Assembly (NCBI RefSeq): GCF_009914755.1 | Contig: NC_060946.1 | Length of the DNA: 64,000 nucleotides | From: the human T2T-CHM13v2.0 reference genome, Homo sapiens | Reading direction: 5' to 3' (one strand) | Part shown: positions 29,251 through 46,744 of the stretch, piece after piece | Numbering within the stretch: position 1 is the first letter of the stretch | Layout: each line of letters begins with the position of its first letter | The notes under the pieces: generated by a model | Database searches by the model: none | Told to the model about the DNA's origin: nothing | Seen by the model: only the letters and a program-made list of their open reading frames with translations | Made by a program: the position numbers and the translations under genes

Positions 29251-29552
29251 TAAAAAACAACAACAAACGACAGAGATAGGGTTTGGGAGTTGGTGTACAC
29301 ATACTGTACTTGTGCACTGGCCAAAACACTGCTACTACTGATGTCATTCAGAGAATAGACCCAGAAACTTCTGTGAATGGTGGTTACCTTCTATGATGTC
29401 TAAACTAAGCTCTAGATGTATATATACATGGAGAAAGCGGTCCATCTCAAAGCTAGCCTCTTGGGAAAGGCAATTAAGTGATTTGTTAGAGCTCTTACTC
29501 CCAGTTATTAGGAAACCCAGAGCTACCACCCCTAAAACAGAAGACTGCATTA

Positions 29553-29850
<298 letters not shown>

Positions 29851-29989
29851 AGAAAAGCTGCATCATCTTAAAAGACCCATCTTTCCTTATTACGTTTCAA
29901 TTATACTCTCAAAGAACTTCCCTTACTTCTAACTAGCTTTCTCTGGTATCCCCTCCCTACAATTTTTGACGTCATGAAGTCCTCCCATC

Positions 29990-32080
<2,091 letters not shown>

Positions 32081-32554
32081 TACAGATTTCTCCATTAGAA
32101 AGTAATGTTTTGTGTATGTCAGATACAACTGAAATCTTCTACTATGAAACGCTTTATCCTTTGACTTTTTGTTAGGGAAGGTCAAAGTTATTTGCAGGAG
32201 TTTCTGGCACTCAGGCAACTGTCTAACCAAGTCCTATAAATAAAGTTAGAGTGCTACTAATTTCACCCTAGTTACCAAAAGGACTCACAGCTTTGCCACA
32301 GATACAAACCACAAATAAATGCTGGTAACAATGGCTTTAAAATGCTACACTGTGAAATAATCATAACGTCAATATGAAAAGGCAGTTCCAATTTAATCAT
32401 TTACTTTAAGCTAATCTGATAATCTACATTCCAAATTGTCTCCCTTCCAAAACTATAAATTTATTCTTCTCAGCACAATAATAGCATCCCAGTTCAAGCT
32501 CTCCTCTAATCAAGCTTGCTGTATATAAGTTAGTTAACTAGAGTCTAGAACTAC

Positions 32555-32750
32555 GTCGTCTAACACGCAGCCAGCTGTCATATGTGGTTATGTGAATTTA
32601 ACTTAATTAAAATTAAAATTTCAGTTACTTAATACTAGCCACATGTCAAGTGCTCAAGAGCCACGTGAGGATAGTGGCTATCATAATGGATAGGGCAGAC
32701 ATAAAACATTTCTATCATCACAGAAAGGTCTATTAGACAGAGCTGTCCTA
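32555..32750. mobile_element. MER3 (hAT-Charlie)
   Basis: actagccacatgtcaagtgctcaa...acatttctatcatcacagaaaggtctattagacag. Confidence 0.7.
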
Positions 32751-33547
32751 GAACACGGTAATAACCAGGAAGCAAAAAGGCCCTCTAGGTATCCAGAATT
32801 CCAAAACATTCATTCCAAAATTTTCATCGGCAGGAAAACTCCATCAGACCTTCTCTCTGAATCTATTTATTTTTATTTTAGGAATATTTCTGTCCTGGTT
32901 ATCTGGCTAATTGTCCACCAAAAATTTACAAAGCAAATTAAGAAAAGGAACTGGGAAGCAGTGGGGAATAAGTACCAGAGGAAAAAGGAATATTATGTTA
33001 GAGGCAGCCAACATAGGAAACAAGAAAGATGAAGAGAAAAAAAATCTAAAAAGCAGGTAAAATAGATAGATGATATATGTCAAAATGGTGCCACTTAGTA
33101 AGGCAAAACCAGCAAAAGCTCCTGAAATATTACTCTTTTATATTCCTAAACAATACTGATGCTGATACCTGTGTTAAAACCATTTAAAAATGCCCACTAT
33201 TTTACTGTTAAGAAGAAATAAATTTTATAGTTATACAACACAATTTAGAAGGATTTATTTCTGAAATGACTGAATCTTAAATACCTTGGTCTTTAAAGAA
33301 GGGAAAATCCTCTCAGCTGGTTAGGATACTCAGCCATGAAGAAGAGAAATATTCTGCACAAATTCAAGAGTTCAGTCCCTTGAATATGAATGAATGCGTT
33401 TACAGAGCAGGTATAGATATGTAAGTAAGACATGACTCTCCTGTTTAATGAATTATGGCTTATCCATACAGTGAAACACTGAACAGTATAGCCTTGGGGG
33501 AGGGGGATGAGGAAGCTCTTAAAATACCATTATGAAATACTCTAATA

Positions 33548-33890
33548 GAGTCATGCACTGCATAGCAATGTTTCAGTCAATGATGGAACACATATGTCAT
33601 GGTGGTCCCGTAAGATGATAATGCCATGTTTTTACTGTGCCTTGTCCATGCTTAGATATGTTTAAATATGAAAATATTTGCCATTGTGTTACAATTGCCT
33701 ACAGTAATCAGTAGAGTAACATGCTGTACTGGTTTGCAGCCTAAAGGCATTAGGCTGTACCATATATAATATATAGTCAGGTATATATCTAGGTTTGTGT
33801 AAGTACATTCTATGATGTTTTCACAATGAAGTCACCTAATGACACATTTCTCAAAAAGTATCCTTATCATTAAGCCATGCATACCGCATA
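33548..33890. mobile_element. Tigger3a/MER7-type DNA transposon fossil
   Basis: agtcatgcactgcata...ggtggtcccgtaagat...ctaggtttgtgtaagtacattctatgatgtt. Confidence 0.75.
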
Positions 33891-34294
33891 TGTCATTAAG
33901 TGGAAAAAAGAAAGGTTTAGCAATGGTTTTAAAACCAGTGGTTTTTTAAATGGGAGGAAAAGATCAAAGGAGGAATTATACACAAGAAGTAAAAAACACC
34001 CAGTGCCTGTAGGGGAAAGACACTGGGAACTCAAGACAGGAATGGGAGAGCAACTTTTCACGATATGACCATTTTCTACTTTTAAAATATTAACTTATGT
34101 AAATGTTATTTATTCAAAATACAATAATCATACATTTTATAAAAGTGAGTTCTCTATCCCTAAGAAATGTATAATCTAATGACTTACCCAGGCTTCAAAA
34201 AACAAAAGAAAAAAAATCACACTTTTTCCTTTACCAATGGTCAGATATTTAAATATTTCACACATACTTTATTCTTACTTAAAACCTCATTCTA

Positions 34295-34602
34295 TGGCCT
34301 GGCACAGTGGCTCATGTCTGTAATCCCAGCACTTTCTGGGGCTGAGGCAGGCAGATCTCTTCAGGTCAGGAGGCCAGCCTGGCCAACAGAGTGAAACCCC
34401 ATCTCTACTAAAAATACAAAAATTAGCCGGGCGTGGTGGCACACACCTGTTAGTCCAGCTACTTGGGTGGCTGAGTCACAAGAATTGCTTGAACCCAGGA
34501 AGTGGAGGCTGCAGTGAGCCAAGATCACGCCACTGCATCCCAGCCTGGCCAACAGAGCAAGACTCTGTCCCAAACAAACAAACAAACAAACAAAAAACCA
34601 AA
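34295..34602 (+). mobile_element. AluS with (CAAA)n tail
   Basis: Full Alu. Confidence 0.92.
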
Positions 34603-34889
34603 AAACTTTCTATACCATTTGAATTTCCATTTCCAACAAACTAATCAATTTTGGAAAAAAACTCAAACTTGATCTTAAAATGGAAACTGCAGTGATCCTT
34701 ACCATAATCTTGTATTATTTAGCTTTTAAAAAATCTTTGCATAAAAGTATATACATTTCAAGAAAAAAATCATCTTGTTGGAAAACATGGCAAAGACTGG
34801 TTGAAAATCTCCCAGGGAAGCCGCAGAATGGTCTTCTGTATCATGTGGGAGATAAGGCTGGGTCACTCTGATAGGCCCTGGAGCTGAGA

Positions 34890-35362
34890 ATGTTAGTGGC
34901 TTCCCAATATCCTCTCTTCTCTTCTTCCTTAGTAACAAAACCCCAGTTTTCATTTTAGCATATTACTGTACACGCTTCCCCAGAAAAGGACTACATCTTC
35001 CATCCTCCACTACAGCTACATATGGCCCTAAGACTAATTCCGACTAATGAGATATAAGCAGAAATGTTACATGGAACTTCCTGGAAGTTTTCTTAGGTAG
35101 GGGAGGGGACACCCCTCTTTTCTTCCTCTCAAACTGCTTTGTGGAAAGGGGGAAATGATGGCTGAATCATCTAGGCCCATCCTACAGTCAGAGAAGTAAA
35201 CAGCAGTAAGGATCTTAGATCCTTGGTAACCAGACAGCGCCATATTAGCCTGGACTGCCTAATTTCAGACTTCTTTTTCATGAAAGACAAATGAATCTCT
35301 CTCTTGTTAAGATTCTGTGTGGGGAAGAGGAGATTGTTATATGCAGCTGAACTTAATCCTAA
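34890..35362 (+). mobile_element. Old MLT1 (J/K-like) LTR
   Basis: gactaatgagatataagcagaa, cctggactgcct..., gcagctgaacttaatcctaa. Confidence 0.55.
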
Positions 35363-35411
35363 ATGTTTTCAATAATAAATTATTTACTTTAACTTACAAA
35401 TCAAAACTCGA

Positions 35412-35704
35412 TTTTTTTTTTTGAAACAGAGTGTCGCTCCGTCGCGCAGGCTGGAATGCAGTGGCGTGACTCCAGCTCACTGCAACCTTCACCTCCCGGA
35501 TTCAAGAGATTCTTGTGCTCAGCCTCCCAAGTAGCTGGGATTACAGGTACCCACCACCATGCCCAGCTAATTTTTGTATTTTTAGTGGAGACGGGTTTTT
35601 GTCACATCGGCCAGACTGATCTCGAACTTCTGACCTTAAGAGATCTACCTGCCTCGACCTCCCAAAGTGCTGGAATTACAGGTGTGAGCCACTGTGCTCT
35701 ACCC
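35412..35704 (-). mobile_element. AluS
   Basis: Poly-T + reverse-complement Alu. Confidence 0.92.
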
Positions 35705-36023
35705 AAAATTCAATTTCACTTGAAACAACAGAAAGCTTTATGCACATCAACAGTGTGCACATTTGATGACCAAAACAGAGACTGTCAAAGAATCTTGAAA
35801 TGTCTATTTCAAATGTTTAGGCCAAGAAGTCAACTGGTGTATCACTCTGATCTACTATCCATAACTATTCCACACCAAAATGATAGAAATAAAATTTTAA
35901 CTTAACCATTCTTGAATTCGTATAATGAGAAACAGTCAAATATGGATACACTCAGTTTCTTCACCTGCAAAATGGAGTTAATAATGCCTACATTACAGGG
36001 ATGTTGTCAAACCCAAATAGAGA

Positions 36024-36406
36024 ACAAATGTTCTTCAACTTACAATGGGATTTTGTCCCTATAAACTCATCATAAGTTGAAAATATAGTAAGTCAAAAAT
36101 GCATTTAACACACCTAACCTACCAAACATCATAGCTTAGCCTAGCCTATCTTAAACATGCTCAGAACACTTACATTAGGTTACAGTTGGGTAAAATCATT
36201 TAACACAATGCCTATTTTATAATAAAGTGTTGAATATCTCATGTAATTTACTGAATATTATAATAAAAGTGAAAAAATGGGTACTCAGATGGTTTCTACT
36301 GAATGAACATTGGTTTCTACTGAATGTGTATTGCTTTTGTACCATTGTAAAGTCAGAAAACTGTTAAGCAGAACCATTCTAAGTTGTGGATGGTTCAACA
36401 TCTGTA
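36024..36406. mobile_element. Tigger4 (Zombi/MER46) fossil with an internal 21-bp duplication
   Basis: caacttacaatggg...aaaatgcatttaacacacctaacctacc...atagcttagcctagcc; tggtttctactgaatg twice. Confidence 0.8.
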
Positions 36407-36525
36407 TGTTAGGCTATTATGTAAACAGAGCAATATATACTATTGTTATCATTACAATTACCACCACAATAGCCAATTGGTAAATATGAGTCACAAAATA
36501 AAAAATACTAGATGAAACCTATTAA

Positions 36526-36898
<373 letters not shown>

Positions 36899-36931
36899 CA
36901 TCTCGCTATCTTTCAGAAAATCATTGTTATC

Positions 36932-37052
36932 AGGTTTGGTGCAGTGGCTCATGCTTCTTGTTGCAGCTGCTCAAGAGGCCAAGGTGAGAGGATCGCTTGG
37001 GGCCAGGAATTTGAGACCAGCCTAAGCCACATAGCAAAACCCAGTCTCTTAA
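36932..37052 (+). mobile_element. FLAM-like Alu monomer
   Basis: gcagtggctcatgc...ggatcgcttggggccaggaatttgagaccagcct. Confidence 0.8.
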
Positions 37053-37405
37053 ACATATATATATGAAAAAATATACATTACATCAGGAATTTCAGTTTCC
37101 TTCTTTAAAGTATGGGTGGAAAGAAGGGAGTTGAGAGGTTGTAAGGGGAGAAAAAGAACAACAGCAGTAAAAGGCTTAAAGTAATTAGGAAGTCAGATAC
37201 ACCTGAAATATGTAACCCTGTTTTAGCATTTTACAAGTTGTCAAAAGGTAATACAACAATTTTAAAAGTAACGCTAGCAATATTTTTCTTCATTCAAAAG
37301 AAAAATACTAAATACAAATATAGTTTCTACTTAGTATGCAACAATCTATCATGAAAAGTGCAATGTCTCCGAGCAATGTCTTCGAGAAATAAGGGTAACA
37401 TGTGA

Positions 37406-37682
<277 letters not shown>

Positions 37683-40600
37683 TAGGCAGAAAAAGAAGAT
37701 AATTTTTAACCTGTACCCAAAGGCATAGACAATACAAATGTAATCTATTTTGATGATTGACAATCATAAATATTTACTTAATTTCAACAAAGTCATGATT
37801 TTTTGCTCTTTAAACAAAATATAACTGAATCTCTTTAACTTTTATACTTAAAATGATTTAACTTCTCCAAAATGTTTAAAGTTTGAAAAAAAGCCAATGA
37901 AGTCACTTCCTGAAGCCATTAATTCATCTTTTTAACACTACTTCTGGTGACTTTAATCCACACACACATTGTACGTGAGTCATACTGATGCTGTGTTATT
38001 CAATTCATTATATTTTGAAAAGTACTCTATGGTCAAATTAACTTTGAGAAACACGGTTTAAGCAATTTTATTGTTTGCCCAATTTGAATTTTCGCAGGCT
38101 TCTAACAGGATACTTAAATTAATAGATGCTTTTTTACAAATTTCACATATACTCATAGGAAGAAAACAAGCTATCCAGGGGTGTCAGAGATAGGTAGCTG
38201 ACAGGCAGACAGATGCCAAGAATTTGCTCCACAATTTAAAGGGCTACAATCAGGATAACAGAAGTGTGAGAAACAGACTCAGACAGCTTAAGGGTTTTTG
38301 TTGCCCAGAAGGAATACCAATGGAAGGGATACCATTGTCCATTTCTATACCTTTCTGTTCTGAATAGCCATATCCAAGCAGCTTTACTGTGTGAGATTCC
38401 TGGAGAATTAGAAGTACTCCCACTTCCCTAGATGATTCATTTGTAATGCCAACTTATGTGTCTGAATGCATGCAAAGGAGGTTGAGGGTCTTCTGAACTA
38501 GCGGAAAAAAACTGAAATAACATTATTTTCTGAGAAGGTAATCTATTTTAATCCATACAAATCCATTTGGGCTTTACCATTCTATCCCATATATAAGCAA
38601 TGGCTGCAGCATCAAAATGTTCCTTAAAATTAGTACATGCCAAACTCTATAAACTTATTTTCAGGCTATGACTTTACTTTTAATAACATAAATGAGTTCA
38701 GTGGGACTTATTTTAATTATTTCTGAAACGGTTTATTTTTAGTAAATATAATAGTCCCCCACATGGAAAGCTATAACCATGACAAAAATTTTCTAGGAGG
38801 AGATAAAACCCTATTTATAGACCTATCAGTTGCTCCTTGCTTAGGTTGTAACATAGTTTCCACTTTAAGCCTGATATGACCTCCCGGGACTTCTCTGGTC
38901 TCTAATAATGTCCCTTTCATCCTGAAGTTTCCCACATTTATCTTTATCTCCCCCAGGTACTTAAGTTAAGCTACTATGGGTTGGGGGAAGGGAGAAGGAA
39001 AGAATCTTCTTTGTAAAAGCCATCTCCTACAGAAGAGTTTTAGGTAATTTTCAGGAACTTAAAAAATGAAAGATAGTTCTTCACTTGGTGGGCTTTTTTG
39101 GGAGAGAACCTCATAAATATTCAACAATCATCAGGAATACTGCTACACAGTAATCAATGCATATGGGAAATGGAAATGGCAACAAGGCCTACTGGTGTCT
39201 TAATCGACCTCTGATTTATCTTAAAGTTTTGCATCTTTTAAAAATCCAACAAGAGTAAAGGTATTTTAATATACAGGATACCACATTCTCTAATCAGAGG
39301 AAAGCTAATCAAGGGAGCCAAAATATAAATAAATGTAAGAAATTTTTCCTAAAAATTGTGATCTCAGGGATTAAGTTGTTATTATTGGTGTTGTTTACAT
39401 TAGCTGCTGGTATCGTTACACTCCTCACTTAAAATGCTAATTGGTGGAATCTCCCCTTCCCAATCTCTGCCTATGACTCCATCAACAATTTTAGAAGGTA
39501 TAAGTACCTTATTCTAATCCAATGAGCCATTTTCAATTTCCTTTCACTAGCAGTGGCATGACCCATATCCCATCTCACCCCAGCCCTTCCCCACTCCATA
39601 CTCTGGATAAAATTTTTAATGAACCCTGTTTTTACTGCTCCAGCAAATCCTAACCCCTTTCATCTCTAAACCTCAACAACATTTGCTGGTCTTGGTTCAC
39701 TCATTTTTTTTTAATCTTAAATACATACTTCTTTTTTGTTAATTCCATGTTTGTAGGTCTTGTATCCTGAATGAGACTGCAAATTGTACTCAACGTAAAG
39801 GCCTAGTGGGCAATGACACATCTTATCTCAGCATCATCAGTTGGTCATGCCAACTGACTGGCATATAACAGGCACATAATAAACATTATGGAACTATTTG
39901 TTGAGGTGATCTGGATGGCAGAAACAGCATACTACGTATACTTCTCTTATATGAATCTCTCAGAGCACACCACTGGGAAAGCCCAACATAAAGTGTGGCA
40001 GAGCTAAATCACAAGCAACTCCTCAAGAGAGGAAGGGAGAAGAACATGAGCATTCATTAATACCAACCCATCTTTCATTAGATTCCCATCAACATTCTCA
40101 GGAGCTCAAACAGATGGTGTGAACACAGGATGTACCAAGTGATGGAGCAAGCAATAACATTTCCTCACCGCAAGAAAATTCTTCCACCTTTTCCATCTAC
40201 CTATATATTACTTAACCTTTAAGGCCTACCTCTTCCTGTCCACCCAATTCACAGTGAAATCCCCTAAGCTCTCCAGTACCTGAGGATGAGTAGCTATTTA
40301 GCATTTTCACTTAAAACAAGGGATGGATCCAAACTTTAACAAAAATAATTCAAAATAAACACCAGTAAAAGTCACCTGATTGTAAAAGTTGGCAAACACC
40401 AGGAAATACTTCTTTTAATTTTTTTTCAGTTGTTAAACTTATCATATAAAATGTATTTCCCTTTTTAAAAGAAGATATATGGGTTTTCCGGGGTGATCTG
40501 AGCTGAGGCATGAGCATGAATGATCAAATAAAACTCTCAAGATCATATCCCAGAGGCAGCATGGCATTGAAGAAAGAACTGAGGTTTGAAAGTGAAACAG

Positions 40601-40946
40601 ACCTACAATCAAATTGCCAAATCACCATTCATTAGCAGTGACCTTGAGCAAGTACTTTAACCCCTCTTAACCTGTTTTGTAATCAACAAATGCAGAATTA
40701 AGATGAAAATTAGAAATAATGTACATAAAACACCTAGGCCAGTGCCTTTCTTAATAAATTTCAATTGTTAATGGTTTTGTCTATTGTCATTTTTCTTAGC
40801 CCACAACAAATGACAGAAAATGATTTATTGGCAAATCTGACATTTTAGGGCTTCTACTGTAATTTTTTTTTAATTGGAAGTAACAAAATATTAATAAGAA
40901 CTCACCTTTAAAAAGCTATTTTCTCTGTGAATTTAAAAGTAAACCG

Positions 40947-41075
40947 TGGCCAGTTGCAGTGGCTGGTGCCTATAATCCCAGCACTTTGAGAGGCAGAGGA
41001 GGAAAGGAAGATTGCTTGAGCCCACGAGTTCAAGATCAGCCTGGGCAACATAGTGAGACTCTGTCTCTATTTTTA
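40947..41075 (+). mobile_element. FLAM
   Basis: Single arm; aaaagtaaa on both flanks. Confidence 0.85.
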
Positions 41076-41202
41076 AAAAGTAAAAAAAGTAAGATCTGCA
41101 GGAAGAGAAACAGAAAGTGTTCTCTTGGGTAAGGTGTATCTATTAAATCAGATGGCTAGGATAATTTACAAGCAAAAAAATAAAGCTCTTTAAGGGAGCG
41201 CC

Positions 41203-41231
41203 TAACAGGATATATATATCCTGTTATTTCT

Positions 41232-41265
<34 letters not shown>

Positions 41266-41455
41266 CATATATAATTATATCATTATAATATGTGTGTATA
41301 TGTATGTGTGTGTGTGTATATATATATATAGATGGATAGAGATATACCGATATATATATGGTTTACTCCTACCTGGAATTTCTATGATATCTATAAATCT
41401 ATATAGGTTTATAGATATAGATATCATAGAAATTCCAGGTGGGGATAAACCCAAT
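41203..41455. repeat. Palindrome - (TG)/(TA) microsatellite - long inverted repeat cluster
   Basis: Perfect 24-bp palindrome at 41203-41226; TG/TA runs at 41234-41360; perfect 25-bp arms at 41371-41395 and 41416-41440. Confidence 0.93.
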
Positions 41456-44039
41456 ATTGTAGTATCTATGTCATAGAAAGGCTATGGGTAAAGATAATTT
41501 TTTAACCTAATCAAAATTCTGCTCCTCCCTCAAACCAGGGATATTTACCTGATAATCACAAGCCAAAGGGAAAGAGAAAAGAAAATATCTGCCTGTCTAA
41601 GAAAAGGGGAATGAGGAAGGGGTGGGCAGAGCTGGCTATAAAGGACGGGAATTTCTTTATGGAGGAAGGAGAAAATTGAATGCTGTACCATCTTCTTTTG
41701 CTGCTTTCAGGTGATGGAGGAATCCCTAAGTCATTTACTTGCTCTAGTAGCGGGGCTGTGAAAGAGGAGACAGTAATGTTTGGTCCTCCTACAGGGCAGG
41801 ATTAAAAGCTGTGAAGGAGTTAAAGAATATCAGAGTGAAAATGCTGGCAGGACTTCTAGGGCCTTTTTAGCCAGCCTAGTGGAATGGAAGAGTCTGGGCA
41901 TTAGAGCCAGATGGGCCTTCCTTAAGTGACCTTGGGCAAGCTGGACAGCCTCTCTAGCCTACACTTTTCTCATCTGTAAAATTGGGTTAACAGCATTTGC
42001 CCTGCAGAGTCATAAGAATTTAATAAGGTAACAAATAAAAACAAACTGCTTCAGAATAGGCACTCAATACAGGTTAAATGCTTTTCCCCTAAACCTCAAG
42101 GCTAGCGATAAAACGCCACTGGAATATATAGTGATATACCATACATGCCCATTTTCTCCTTTTCCTCTCATTGTGCATAAAGAGAAGCAAGTCTAAAAAG
42201 AGAAAATAACTTTTCCAAGGTTGCAATACTAGTTACTGGCAGAATTGGGGCTAAAAGCCAGTTCCTTCAAGTTCAATGCAATGTACCTCGCCTCATTAGG
42301 AACAATCCCTTAGGGATGGGCTCTGAGAGTAGATGCCAACAAGAAAACAAGCTAACTGCAATGTCTGCCATTCCCTGTGATTCAGATACCTAAGAGTTAA
42401 ACATTCAGTCTCAGCTACAGCTCCGGAGTTGGCTGACTCCTTAGGCACTGAAATCCATTCCTCTACGTGATTGGTTGGTTCCCAAAGGGGTGGGGAAGAG
42501 GAAAAGGGAGAAGAATGTCACCCGATCCCCGGGGGTAAACAACAGCAAAAGCATCTGCTCAGGTTTTCAACTAAATCTGTGAAATATTTCTGAACACTTG
42601 ACCACCAAACTTGAAAAACTGTTAACTTCTGACCTTAATCAAAAAGGTTGTTCTGTAATGACCAGATCCTTAGTAATGCAATCTGGACAAACAAATGCAA
42701 AAAGACAGTTTAATATTTCTCTAGCACAAAATTAGTACCCAGTGCTCGTGTGCTCTAGGTGCTTGAAATCGACACTGCCACCAACCCTCCTCCCCCTTTG
42801 CCATTACAGAGAGAAACCAGCCTGCTTGCTTCCACCCTACCATTTTACTCGAACTCTGCCATTTCGGAAATATGACAGGACTACACAATCACATTCTCTC
42901 CTCTGAGCCACCTCCTTTAAGAGCAGCCCCATCCCCTTGTAACTTTCTGTAATTATGTTAGCACACATGTGCAGGGCAGAGAGAAGGGAGGGTTTGGGGA
43001 GAGAGAAACCCAATACCCTGCCAAATCCATTGGGAAGTCTGCCCAAGTTATTAATCCAGGACGGGGCCACTTAACTAAATTAGTTGAGGCAATGCCCTTC
43101 AATTGTAGCTAGATTCTTTCCCCAGGGGAGAATGCAGGAAGTGTCTGCCTCCTCAAAATCTTATTACCCCAAACAACTCTTTTTTTCTTCAGAAGTTTCT
43201 CTCTCCCATTTCAAAGCTATGTACAAAATACTTTTGTTTTATGCAGAGAATCAGAGAGGCAGCCGCTCTCCCTGAGTACACTACAGGGACTCCACACGAC
43301 TGGTCAGTAAGGAGCTGCTGAAAAGTGCATTCCCTTTGTTCTTACAGCCACAATGAAATTTTAAAGTCCCAATTATGTAAACCAGGGTGAGGGATGAAGA
43401 GCTACAGTTAAACCAAAGAGAAAGCCTCCTGCAGAATGACTAAACCTGGAAGTCCTTTTACAGTCTCAACCAGTACATGAATCAGCTCTAGTTCACCTTA
43501 ATACGGCACCAGAAACGAGGAGTAAGCCATACCCTCTCCCAGGCCCACCCTAAACAATCTGGAATTGCTGGACAGATCATCTCTCAGAAACTGTGTAGAC
43601 TACAAATGACCCAAAACCACTCTACACTCACTCAAAGAGGAAAGATTCCTCAATACTGAGCACAAGCAAATCAGCTCCAGGAAGTTAAGTGGCAGAGGCT
43701 CCGTATGCCTCCTCTTTGTCTCTATTCTTTAATCCCAAAGCCAGATTTAATCTAAATCATGTTACTAATGCCCTGTGCTAACACAGATGTCTCATTTATA
43801 AATCCTAGGGAACATAAGTGACTTAGCTCTCTTTCACAGTAATGCTCAGCAAATTAACTACTCAAGGAGGTTCAGTATGGTTACTAAAAACATAGGCTTC
43901 GGTATCAAGCTAACCTAGATTTAAATGCCTGTTCTACCACTTTCCAGCTCTGTGACTTGCTCTTCTCTAAAGCCCAGTTTCTTCATTGGTAAAATATGGC
44001 TTCTACTGTCCACCTTATAGAGAGAATGGGTGTTTGCAT

Positions 44040-44338
<299 letters not shown>

Positions 44339-44369
44339 GGAGAGTGGTTGTTAATAGTAATGAGGAGTG

Positions 44370-44650
44370 GGCCGGCCGTGGTAGCTCATGCCTGTAATCC
44401 CAACACTTTAAGAGGCTGACGCGGGCGGGTCACCTGAGATCAGAAGCTCGAGACCAGCCTGGCCATCATGATGAAACCGTCTCTACTAAAAATACAAAAA
44501 TTAGCTGGGAATGGTGGCTCATGCCTGTAATCCCAGCTACTGGGGAAGCTGAGGCAGGAGGTTTTGCAGCAAGCCGAGATCACGCCACTGCACTCCAGCC
44601 TGGGAGACACAGAGAGACTCTATCTGAAAAATTTAAAAAAAAAAAAAAAG
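44370..44650 (+). mobile_element. AluS with right-arm deletion
   Basis: gaggcaggag|gttttgcagc skips ~25 nt of consensus; TSD agtaatga..agtg. Confidence 0.9.
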
Positions 44651-46744
44651 AGTAATGAAAAGTGGATGGTATGTGCATATGTGCATTAGCACAATACCTG
44701 ATGCATAGCAAGCATTCAGTAAATAGTACCTGGTACTATAAATTATTATTAAGGACCATAAAACAACTTCTATAAAGGAATAACACGGCCATCTGACAAC
44801 CTTATTAGCATTCCTGCATCTTACCCATCCCATCATGAATGGTAAACAGCATGAGAATGCCAAAATTTATTTAATGACTATATTGAGCAACTCCTAGGTG
44901 ATGGGGGAAAAGAGTGAAGGATACAACTTCTCCCTAAAAAGGAGCTCATGTTGGTAGGGGAAGACACAACAAAAAAGAAGGGGAGGAAGAGAAAGTACTG
45001 AAAGGGGTCTCAGTATGGAACTACTACCCAGCTTAAGTGTTCCACTGTGAAGGGGCTGGGTTTAGATCTATCTCAGCCGTCAGGGTCATGTTGAATAGAT
45101 CTGTTAGGGTCATGGGGCAGGAAAATGTCAGAAAGCAAGGCCCATTCTGGAATTCTATACACTAAGAATGAGGGGAGGGGACAGTGAAAATGCACAGTGA
45201 GAGAAGGATTTTTATCTTTTCTCTTCACATTATGCTAGGCAAAAATTATAGCAGGCATAGAGTTGACAACCATGATCAAACATTTTCAGGCAGGAACTAC
45301 AAGATGACTGCTTGTTAGGTTAGTGTAGCAGCACATATTTATTTTTTAGCAAATAGACATGGGGCTCTCAAGGAATTATAATCACGTAGTCATGAAGATA
45401 CTCACTGGACACAGTGCACTGCACGGGAGGCTGGGAGAAGGGGAGGCCAGAAGGGGCTGGGTTCTGTAAGTCAGTGGCGTGCAAACTCACAAACCAGTGC
45501 TCTTGCTCTTTCCTATAAATTTTCATCATCACAATCGCAATCTGTCAAACTCTCAAATACACCTTAAAGCCTGCACTGCTGATGGAGTACAGCAGGGCTT
45601 GGCCACTCCTTGGTCATGACAGTACATGTTCTTCAGGAAACAGCTCTGCACTGGGAAAAAAGCACTCCACTGAGAATGAAGGCTCAATATCACAGACTCA
45701 GCTTTGCCACTAGCAAGAGCTATAAGAAAATAAGACTATGGATTTGGTAAGTCATCTAACTTCTCTGGAACTCAGTTTCCCCAAATGTAAAACGGGGGTG
45801 ATATGATTAAATGTAGCGCTGACATTCAATGGCTCAGGAACTGAGGGCCAAGCTGATGTCCTCTACCCAGAGTTCTTGTTTCAGTGTTAGGGCTGACATG
45901 CCAAAGGGCCAGGGTATCAAGACAAATGATTACAATTCACTCTCTAAACTAAACTGAAAGTTCTGGCAAAGTAGAAAGCCATCCACAACATTTCTGGTGT
46001 ACAAATTAAAAAGACTTACATCCTGAGCCATACCACTCATTTTATGAAGGTATCTCTATTCCTTGGAGATTAAATCAAGAAAGTAATTAACAGGAATCAA
46101 CAGAACAACAGTAAAGTCACCTGGCACCCAGAAGGGCACATTGTTTGCTTGCTAAAGGAGCCCTCCAAACTCTACAGCTGAGAAAGCATACAGGGGCCCT
46201 AGAGTCAGCATTCATTCCAAAAACACAGGAATGATGGTTGCTATTTCTGCTTAATAGATCAGGACCTCATAAATGGGTGTCATCTTCACTGGACGAATCA
46301 TATAGTAAGAAATAATCTTACAAATGCCAGCACTCAACAAACTGGCAGCTCTTTAGAGAGGACTCTCTGGGGACCCAGAGCTGCAGTAACTGAGGGAAAT
46401 GTATCCAGATTAGATCAGCAAAGGCCTCTCCAGTTCCCCATGAGGTATTGTAGGGGGCAATGGTGCTGGCCAACACACAAGATTTACACAATGAGCTCCC
46501 TGAATACTGCACGTGTTCGGGTCAAAAGAGCTGCCACTCTGCTACAAACAATTCATGAAGCAGCAGATGCCAACTGTCCTGTCACCTAGGCCTTTAGCTG
46601 CAATTCCTCAAGAAAGCCTGATAGCCTTGGTTTTCATAGTAGTCACCTATTCCTCCCATTTTAAATTAAGGAAAATAATCCTATTTATTGTCTCAGTCTC
46701 TTCACCTTTCTTTTCCCAACATAAAAACATGTTTTCCCACCATA

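Noticed and set aside
35456-35905. 149-aa ORF and the many similar ...SAHCNL...ASQSAGITG ORFs
   Set aside because: Standard translations of Alu sequence.
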